Assembly: GCA_964016885.1 (NCBI GenBank)
Contig: OZ024743.1
Location: 341,124,001-341,188,000 of the forward strand
DNA length: 64,000 nt
Direction: 5' to 3'
Origin: Eledone cirrhosa
Taxonomy: Eukaryota
Shown: positions 52,951 to 64,000 of the stretch, one piece after another
Layout: each line of letters begins with the position of its first letter
Numbering within the stretch: the first letter of the stretch is position 1
Position numbers and translations under genes: made by a program
Notes under the pieces: generated by a model
Told to the model about the DNA's origin: nothing
Database searches by the model: none
What the model saw: the letters and a program-made list of their open reading frames with translations, nothing else

Positions 52951-53729
52951 TGTTTATAAAAGCTAAACAGAAATAACAACACAATCGGTACAGTATATGA
53001 AAAGAATATATTAGGTCAACGCTTTAAATAGCAGGAAGAGGGTCTTAACGATTGGGACGCTATCACTTCATCAGAAAAAAGAATGAGAAGTTAGAAAGAT
53101 TGAAAGGATGGGCGGGGTGGAATTGGAAGAAATGCTCTTAGTGAAAAATAATAGATCCATTCATGTTGCTATCTTTTGGGCTGTGTGAATTGCAATGATA
53201 CCGTGATTAGAAATTTACCTACTGGATTAAATACTGAACTGATTTTCATCTACATTGCTGCGGAATATAAAATCACATTCAGCTTTAAAATATAAATTTG
53301 CATTTATATGTTTGTATTATCAACTTATTTAAATTTGTTTTTTTACTTACTGCTCCTTCGTGTTGAATTTATAAATGACTTGTGCTAAGATATTAACCAA
53401 GAGTTATCTTTCCATATCCCTTAAATGTATTCCAATACCTGAAAAAAATCTGTTTGAAATACTTTACCAGCAACGTTATTTATTCTATTCGGAGAATGTG
53501 ATGGCATATTTTTTTTATTTAGAGAGAGGAAATGACTAAAGGGACAATAACTGCAACAAAACTTCACCCCATAAATTTTATTTTATACGTACTAGAATCA
53601 GCCTTGTAATGCCATGCTGGATAGGTTTGAGATGATCTGTTCAATTTGATCAAATATATCAATTTCAAAATCTTCTATGAATCAACTTAACTCTACTATT
53701 AACTATTTTAGAAACTAAAAGAAAAATAC

Positions 53730-54240
53730 TTGCACTTGATAATTTGGATGTGGAGTGTTGCATGGTTGAAATTGGAATCAGTGCTACGAAAAGCCAAATT
53801 CACTATCTTCTATTCGGTATTAGTGTCAACCCTTACTTATGATCATGAATCTTGGGTAATGATCGAAATAATACGATCGCGAACACAAGCAGCCGAAATG
53901 GTGTTCCTGCAAACGGTCTCAACAGTAACGTTACTCGACTGAGTGCATAGCTGGGAGATTAGAGAGACGTCCAGGTAGAGTCGCTACATTTCCGAATTGA
54001 GATATCACTCCTTCAATACTACGGGCATATGGTTAGAATGTCTTAGCAAAGAATCTCTGGACAGATTTTACGGGCAAAACCAGACTTAGTGGTAGACATC
54101 GAGCAAGATGGTTGGATATCATCCATGACCTTGGCGGATCTCGCTTGGGAACTCAGCGGGATCTATTGTAGAGGGCTGCTTCTGACAGGACCCGCTGGAA
54201 GGAGTGTTTGAGGACTCTGCCTTTAACATCCCCTGATTAA
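53730..54240 (+). pseudogene. RTE-like LINE 3' fragment
   Basis: STLTYDHESWVM...QAAEMVFLQ; YYGHMVRM; terminal DRTRW. Confidence 0.65.
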
Positions 54241-54689
54241 TAAATGGGCGAAGAAGAGAAAATGTAGTTACGTGCAGACTAGACTAAAAGCATATAATTC
54301 TTTCATCTAAAACAAAACTATAAAAACAACTAACAAAGTTAACTCAATGCAAATCAATAAACAGGGTAAAACATTGTAAAACAATTGGATTTGGAAACAT
54401 TTGCATGACCATATATTTCTGAAACCACTAGATTGAACCTTAAGGACCACAAGAAATATTTTCTTGGTAACCCATCTATTAGATAAATATGCCCTTCGAC
54501 ATCTGATATGGGAAATATTATTAAAGATATCCTTAATAGAATTATACCTATAATTAAGTAGAAAACTACACTTATGGGAAATATCAATAATGTTATAGAG
54601 TGTTTATTAAATTAGGTAATAAGAAAGCTGTGAAATCTTTACAATTTGATATTGACAATTATTATGCATCCATTTCTCCATAGTAAGTA

Positions 54690-55240
54690 AAGCACTATTT
54701 TGGGTTCAGTCCTTACAAGACAAGTAATTGATATTGTCTTGGCTGCTAGACACATTATGATTAAATTTGATGGTAGCTCCTGGACGACGAAAATCGTCCA
54801 AATAATTTCGACATTACTATAGAGTCAAGTGCCTCAGCCCAGGTCACTGATCTTGTTGGTTCATTTCTCCTTAATAAATTAAGAAGTAAATTCTCCTACA
54901 TAGGGTTGGGGCTTTATAGAGATGGGACTCTATAGAAAATTCATTAATTCTGCGTTTAAGAAGCACTTGTACAATTTATTTAAAAACCCTGGCCTAGATA
55001 CAACAGTTGACACTAATACAAAGTTAGTTATTTTCCTGGAGTCACACTAGATTTGAATACTGTACCTTGTAGTCCCTATAATAAATCTGAGGATTTTTAT
55101 AATGCGTACATAACAAGTCAATCCACCCTAAATCGGATATTAAATTAATTATTAAAAGAAGTATCGGGTAGAATATTCAGCTTTTCTGCTAACAAAGGAA
55201 TCTTCGACCAAAATGTTCAAGACTATAATGAAGCATCAAA
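54690..55240 (+). pseudogene. Degenerate Naiad-type RT fragment
   Basis: SAQVTDLVGSFLLNKL..GLYRDG..FPGVTLDLNT, similar to the RT at 28039-30069. Confidence 0.6.
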
Positions 55241-55697
55241 AGCAAAAGCGCGCGTCTAGGATAGGATCGCTCCTGTAGGTTTGGTGATTTTCACATGTTT
55301 AAAACGTTTGTTTTGACACAAATTTTGTAAAGGTGAGACTATAATATTTTGGCCAAATGTCCAGCTATCGAATTTAATATTCTAAATTGTGCCCCCTCCC
55401 CCCCAAAAAAAAACATTTTAGAAATGGAGGCAACCCACCTCCGCACCGACTAAACAGAACAGACAAAGCAATGGCAATGTCACCACCAACAGCCGAACCA
55501 CAAACACCACGACAGACATCACTATCACCATCACCAGCAACAACAAAAAGAGCTCAAACAAAATACGATTCCTAGTAATGATAAAATAAAAATGGTTTCC
55601 GATTTAGGCACAATGCCAGCATTTTGGGGAGGTAAAAGTTGATTAAATCGACTCAAGTGTATTACTATCCTTTATTTTATCGATCTCCTAAAAATAC

Positions 55698-55880
55698 TTG
55701 TTTCTACTTTAGGCACAAGGCCAGGAAACACCCAGTGCATTACTGGTACTTTATTTTATAGACCCCGTAAGGATGAAAGGCAAAGTCAACCTCGGCGGGA
55801 TTTGAACTCAGATCGTAAAGGGACGTAACTATGCTGGAAAGCATGGCGTCCGACCCTCTACCGATACTGCCAATCCACCG
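55698..55880 (-). mobile_element. tRNA-derived SINE, family 1
   Basis: Near full-length match. Confidence 0.85.
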
Positions 55881-56389
55881 TCCTAAAATAATGGTACGAT
55901 ATATGTGTCGGCGTTCAGTTATTATTCAAATTGTGTTCTCATTTCGTTTACAAATGTTTGTTCATCGTTTAGATGAGGTGGTTGCTTCGATGAAGGGAAA
56001 TAATTTCTTTCAGTGAGGAATCAGGTTAAGGAATTAAAAAAATGTTCAAAGTAATAATTTCTCGTAAGCTGGCAGTTTTCTTAAAATGGCGAAGAGAAAA
56101 AACTTCAAATAATATCACCCCCGCTCCTTGTTAAAATAACTCAACCACTTTTAGAACAGCTGGGTCTTCAATAAAGAGACGATGCGAATATGTTTGTAGT
56201 ATGATGTTGCTGACCTTGACACGCTCATACAGGAGAGACAAGTTAACTAAGATGTGAATACTGAACTAAGCCTAGCCAAATACAAAAACAAAAAGTAACA
56301 ACGATTATAACAAAGCTAGTGTGTAACCACAAGAACAAAAAACATCAGCAATAATAATGGCGATAATAAAATTAATAGTGATAGTAATA

Positions 56390-56552
56390 ATTGTTTCTAC
56401 TTTTGGCACAAGGCCAAGCAATTACCCAGTGTATTACTGGTACTTTATTCTATCGACCCCGGAAGGATGAAAGTCAAAGTTAACCTCGGCCTTTCATCCT
56501 TCCGGGGTCGATAGAATAAAGTACCAGTAATGCATTGGGTAATTGCTGGCCT
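56390..56552. mobile_element. Fold-back dimer of SINE family 1 3' halves in a (TAA/TAG)-rich tract
   Basis: 56410-56472 is inverted at 56491-56552. Confidence 0.75.
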
Positions 56553-57160
56553 TGAGATGGTAATAATGATAGTAATAGTGATAGTAATAATGATAGTAGT
56601 GGAGGTAATTATCAGTTTTTTTATTATCCACAAAGGGTGTACATCAATAAAGAATTAAGGACAGCACTTATAATCATAAAACCTCCGACCAAGAAATAAC
56701 TAGCTGGGACCCGGCAAGATGTAACTGTGTTTCATGGACAGGACGAGCTCATTAATTTTCGTTGATAATCCTCCTAGAGTTGGTATCTTGAACGAAATTA
56801 CCCATTGTCAGCGAAGGATAAAACACATAAAGATACAACAAAAGACATCACACTGTCGTTGCTCGAGTCACTTTTATATGGATGACTTGAAACTGTAGGC
56901 CAAAAATATTAGTTAAATAGATGGACTGTTGAAGACAGTTAAGGTGTTTAGTGATGACGTAGGGATGGAGTTTGGCTTGGAAAATGCGCCAAAGCAGCAT
57001 TTACTTTCCCTCTATTGTGAATCTACAAATTTAAAATTGTAGTTATACTTTTAGTAGGCTAAATATATATACATATAAAATGTATATTGATTAAGTTGCA
57101 CAAGGAAAGCTCAATGAACATTAAGTTCAGAGCATAATTTATACACATTTAAACAATATG

Positions 57161-57227
<67 letters not shown>

Positions 57228-57233
<6 letters not shown>

Positions 57234-58497
57234 GTACATACATATATGTATACAGACGTACAGTAGTATGTATATATATATATATGCATACATGCACACA
57301 CATATATATATGAACGTATGGATTCACCAAACATTTATTATAATACTCGGTGTGTTTGTAAACAAACATCCCATATTAAGCCGTAGTGTCTAGCAACCAT
57401 CGTTGCTCGTTTGTTCAACACTGACAAAGGAACGCTGTACTAGTTTCAAGCATATTAGCTATCGTCAGCAACGTATACCTTCCTGCCAGATGATTGAACG
57501 TCTGAAAGTATATACTTTCCTTATGCATATTAACGGCTGGGCAGCCTAATTTGCATATCGAGTGGGTTAATCGGCCGGGTGCACCGAAAACGATAAACGG
57601 AAAAAATGAAACGAAATTTCATTTTCCACCCGTAGTACGGCTGTTACTTAAATATAAGTATGTACACGTACATACATATATGTATATAGACGTACAGTAG
57701 TATGTATATATATATACATACATGCACACATATATATATGTACGTATGGATTCACCAAACATTTGTTATAATGCTCGGTGTGTTTGTAAACAAACATCCC
57801 GTATTTGTCAGTGTTGAACAAACGAGCAATGATGGTTGCTAGACGCTACGGCTTAATACGGTATGTTTGTTTACAAACACACCGAGCATTATTATAAATC
57901 TTTGGTGAATCCATACGTACATATATATATGTGTGCATGTATGTATATATATATACATACTATTGTACGCCTGTATACATATATGTATGTACGTGTACAT
58001 ACTTATATTAAAGTAACAGCCGTACTAAGAGTGGGAAATGAAATTTCGTTTCATTTTTTCCGTTTATCGTTTTCGGTGCACCCGGCCGATTAACCCACTC
58101 GATATGCAAATTAGGCTGTTCAGCCGTTAATATGCATAAGAAAAGTATATACTTTCAGACGTTCAATCATCTGGCAGGAAGGTATACGTTGCTGACGATA
58201 GCGAATAAGTTTGAAACTAGTACAGCGTTCCTTTGTCAGTGTTGAACAAACGAGCAACGATGGTTGTTAGACACTGCGGTTTAATACGGGATGTTTGTTT
58301 ACAAACACACCAAGCATTATAATAAATGTTTGGTGAATCCATACGTACATATATATATATGTATACATGTCTGTATATATATATACATACTACTGTACGT
58401 CTGTATACATATATGTCTGTACGTGTACATACTTATATTTAAGTAACAGCCGTACTAAGAGTGGGAAATGAAATTTCGTTTTATTTTTTCCGTTTAT
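57228..58497. mobile_element. Head-to-head array of tandem ~428-bp non-coding HHR units (retrozyme-like)
   Basis: Minus arm 57228-57803, plus arm 57804-58497; tttgtcagtgttgaac recurs at 57804 and 58232; HHRs at 57432-57474 (-) and 58186-58228 (+). Confidence 0.8.
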
Positions 58498-58612
58498 ATA
58501 TATATATGCATATATATATAAAAACTCAGTACATGTACATATGTATACATGTGTGTATTTATATGCATACTAATATTTCCGTATACATATGTAGATGTAC
58601 ACTTTTAACTTA

Positions 58613-60342
<1,730 letters not shown>

Positions 60343-60349
<7 letters not shown>

Positions 60350-60697
60350 ATGCTTTGGGAGGGTCATGTTGCCAATATGAAACACACGCACCAGTTGCTT
60401 TCACTTCAATTTATTATAAATTAAATTTATAAATTTAGCAATTTATAAATTTCCGGTTGACTGGTTGGTTCCACAACCAGACGATTGTTCATGTACTGTC
60501 AAAGTTCTTTCGTCACACATTCTGTGACCTCTTCAGTGACTGTGGATTATTTTCTTTGTTTTTGTGCCTCTCCTTTGTTCTGTCCTACGCCATCTTTTTT
60601 TTGGTGTGTATTGGCAACATGACTCTCCCAACCATAACAATATCGGTTTCAACACACGTTTTCAGATAAAGGATCTTGCTAAACAAATTCAGAAACG

Positions 60698-60700
<3 letters not shown>
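60343..60700 (-). mobile_element. pLTR-only copy of the same PLE family with an inverted tail (60603-60700)
   Basis: Contains HHR CTGAAGA g gtcaca..tgtgac GAAA gaac TT; (TA)n on both sides. Confidence 0.8.
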
Positions 60701-60738
<38 letters not shown>

Positions 60739-61212
60739 TTGTGCATTCGTATATGTCTGAGTGTATATATTTCAGAATGTGTATCATTTTAAAACGTATA
60801 CTATATTGTAATCACTATTTTATAGTCTATCTCTTTTTATCCTTATTCACTAAACCTTCATATCATTATAGATATGTTTATTGCCGTTGTTATTCTTAGT
60901 ATATTCTATTAGTGAACAATTTACGAAAGTCACTGATGTTATTTCAGCAATTCCAGATCATGACCCACTCACTAAATGAAATAATAAGCCCGCAGTTGTG
61001 AAACGGCGTCGCAATTTTCAGAGTGCACACATAATAGTTAAACAGTGAGTGTCATTGAACTTATATGTTCTAGTTGTATACCCCTAGCTTTATTAAGTGT
61101 GTATCAATGCATGGTTGTTCGTATAATATCTATAGTAACCAAACGTTATTTTGTATTTGTTCAGCACTGGTAGATATTATATGATCGTAATATCTAAAGT
61201 CATTTAAACATG

Positions 61213-61265
<53 letters not shown>

Positions 61266-61299
61266 CCCCACCCCCCACACACACGCACACACACACGCG

Positions 61300-61340
<41 letters not shown>

Positions 61341-61408
61341 GTATATTATGAAATGCTGTTCGTTTTTCGCTGCAGTGTTTTCTATACCTTTCATTTATAT
61401 ATATATAT

Positions 61409-61494
<86 letters not shown>

Positions 61495-61671
61495 GTATAT
61501 ATATCTGTATATATATATATATATATATTTCTGTATATATATATATATATAAACAAACATAAATTATCGAGAATCACATTTCGGCAAAAACAACCTCCGA
61601 GATGTGTGGCAAGTGCTCAATGATTCAGATGAACCAGAGCTATAACAAACGTTAAAGGCCAAACACACTGG

Positions 61672-61793
61672 GTAAACTAAGCTCTGAAAATATGTTCTTT
61701 TAAACCATATAGGCATTGTGCTATTTATGGTATAAAATAATTGAAATAATTGTATTTTGATCTCCCCCTCCCTCTACTGTCTCTCACTCTCTC

Positions 61794-61874
<81 letters not shown>

Positions 61875-61995
61875 GGAGAGTGAGAGACAGTAGAGGGAGG
61901 GGGAGATCAAAATACAATTATTTCAATTATTTTATACCATAAATAGCACAATGCCTATATGGTTTAAAAGAACATATTTTCAGAGCTTAGTTTAC
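61672..61995. repeat. Near-perfect inverted repeat centred on a (CT)n(TA)n(GA)n tract
   Basis: 61672-61790 is the reverse complement of ~61870-61995. Confidence 0.85.
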
Positions 61996-62020
61996 TCAAA
62001 TTACACTAGGTATAACGTAT

Positions 62021-62290
62021 GTGGAGGCGCATGGTCTAGCAGTAAGCGTGCTGGACTTAAGACTATAACGTCGTGGGTTCGATTCTTGGACTGGGTTGTG
62101 TTCTTGAGCAAACATTTTATTTCACATTACTTCACTTTACTCAACTGAAAATGAGTACCAGAAATAGCTGGGAGTTTGATCTTGTGATGGACTAGCATCT
62201 TATCTAGAGGATGAGTATGTACTCTCAGCCGCTTAACGCCATGGAAACCATGATAAACACCGGTCTAATGAGCCTCTGGCTCGAGAAACA
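62021..62290 (+). mobile_element. tRNA-derived SINE, family 2-related
   Basis: ggaggcgcaTGGTCTAGCAG A-box, GGTTCGATTC B-box, tgtgttcttgagcaa..ttatttcac core. Confidence 0.7.
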
Positions 62291-62666
62291 CTTTAGAATT
62301 TAGAGAGATAATAATGTAGAGTTTAGTAAACCATACCATTACAAGTAAAGAATACTTTTAAAAGAAAAACGTAATTCTATTTGCTTAGAACGCGGTGACG
62401 TTTGACCAAGAACATACCAATTACCATAATTAAGATGGTTAATTAATAAATTAAGACATTCATTAGCATTAAATCTTTTTCAAGAAATTCAAATAAATTA
62501 TCTTATGTTGGTAGCAAACGCCGAGACAACAACCAATATCTAAGCGAAAACGACACCTGCTTTTACCATAAAAATATAGCTGGTTCGATGGAGGAAAGTT
62601 ATTGCTCAGGATAGACTTAGCATTAACAACAGTACCTAAATTACTTTAATTAACTAACAACAGTAG

Positions 62667-62743
<77 letters not shown>

Positions 62744-62865
62744 GAGCGTGTGTGTGTGCATGTATATATACGTAACCACTACGTTTTATAGAGATATAAT
62801 AATATATTTAGTAAGCTATGAAGTTTGACGAAAATATTTACGATTTCACATCCAGACACATCATA

Positions 62866-63050
62866 ATTGTTTCTACTTTTGGCACAAGGCCAGCAATTAT
62901 CCAGTGCATTACTGGTACTTTATTTTATCGACCCCGTAAGGATGAAAGGCAAAGTTAACCTCGGCGGGATTTGAACTCAGATGATACAGGGAGGTAACTC
63001 TATGCTTCAAAGCATGGCATCCGACCCTCTACCGATACTGCCAATCCATC
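62866..63050 (-). mobile_element. tRNA-derived SINE, family 1
   Basis: Near full-length match. Confidence 0.85.
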
Positions 63051-64000
63051 ATAATAAAAGTCTTTAATTACCTTAATGCCTTATATTTCTTAAATATCTT
63101 GTGTAACTGTGTCATCAACTCATATTTTGGTTCGTATATAGCATATCGTACTATCAACTAAAGTCGATTCGGTTTGACAGTTAAAGATATCGCTTCGCTT
63201 GTGCATCAGATTTTGTTTTGCATATTGTGCTTAGAACGTGTCATTCTTTCTTCCACGTCAGCTCAAATTAAGTAGACCTATGATCAAAAACTGTCGACCT
63301 GTCTCATTCCCACCTGTTCATTCTCAGCCTAGATTATTGAATTTTTTCGAACCCAAACTGACCTTCAGTAAGCAGACTTATGACGGTAGACAGAATCCTA
63401 TTGTTATTTAGCCATTACTATCCTCTATGGAACTGGCCCATAATGAATTTAATTCCAGTCATTGCCATCCCGTATTTTAAGTAATGTGTATTATAGTCTG
63501 GACTACATTATATAACATTCTTTTTTAAAAAGTATTTACTTCTTTTTAGCAAATTGAGCGATCACATCTATAAAGACATTTTGGTTTGGTAATTTCTATT
63601 CTAGAAGTGATTGATTCCTAAGAAAGTCAGCTACATGCTTTTAAATGTTGTACTAAATATTATATGTTCTTTACACACATTTGAGTTCATGAATTGGATT
63701 GCATGGGTGGAAATATATTTGTCGGCCAAACAAATTTAAGCAATAGTGATCCCATGAAATGTCCACATCCATGAAACGTTTCTTACACAAAACATAGCTG
63801 ATTTGCCATCAACTTCCAGAAGAATCCAATTTTCTCGCAAGAATAAACTATCTGTTGGTCCAACTGATCTGCTCCCGCATTCTCCGCCATCGAAATATAT
63901 ACAAACCCCTTTGGTATTGGTAGAGGGTGTAGAGAGTAGTAGGAAACACTTGCCCCCCCCCCCCCCCCCGCAGAACAGCCATTTCTCCTCACAGAAGTAT

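Noticed and set aside
63799-64000. Open frame after catAG on the plus strand (DLPSTSRRIQFSRK...)
   Set aside because: Weak polypyrimidine tract, no recognisable domain, runs off the window end

Overview
AT-rich animal genomic DNA, very dense in microsatellites ((TA)n, (CA)n, (GA)n, (TATC)n, (TTC)n). The tRNA-SINE families and repeat landscape resemble an octopod cephalopod, which is an inference. Most listed ORFs are microsatellite artefacts, and nearly all interpretable sequence is retroelement-derived. It includes one full-length but decayed Tx1/L1-clade LINE sitting in a (TATC)n tract plus a second 3' stub in another (TATC)n tract. It also holds at least four families of Penelope-like elements (PLEs; RT + GIY-YIG, two of them Naiad-type), RTE and R4-like relics, and about a dozen tRNA-SINEs. 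The most striking signal is a set of minimal type I hammerhead ribozyme (HHR) motifs, about 7 canonical and several variant or degenerate, mostly near element ends that abut (TA)n. Among them are two related non-coding families with ~428-bp and ~466-bp units. These occur as tandem and head-to-head arrays, and each unit carries a covarying HHR preceded by an octamer (ATGCAAAT) and a TATA-like palindrome. They are candidate retrozyme-like, PLE-mobilised, circRNA-producing elements. The only plausible host coding exon is a signal-peptide-like first exon at 7979-8078 (-). All structures and homologies were read by eye and coordinates may be off by a few bases.
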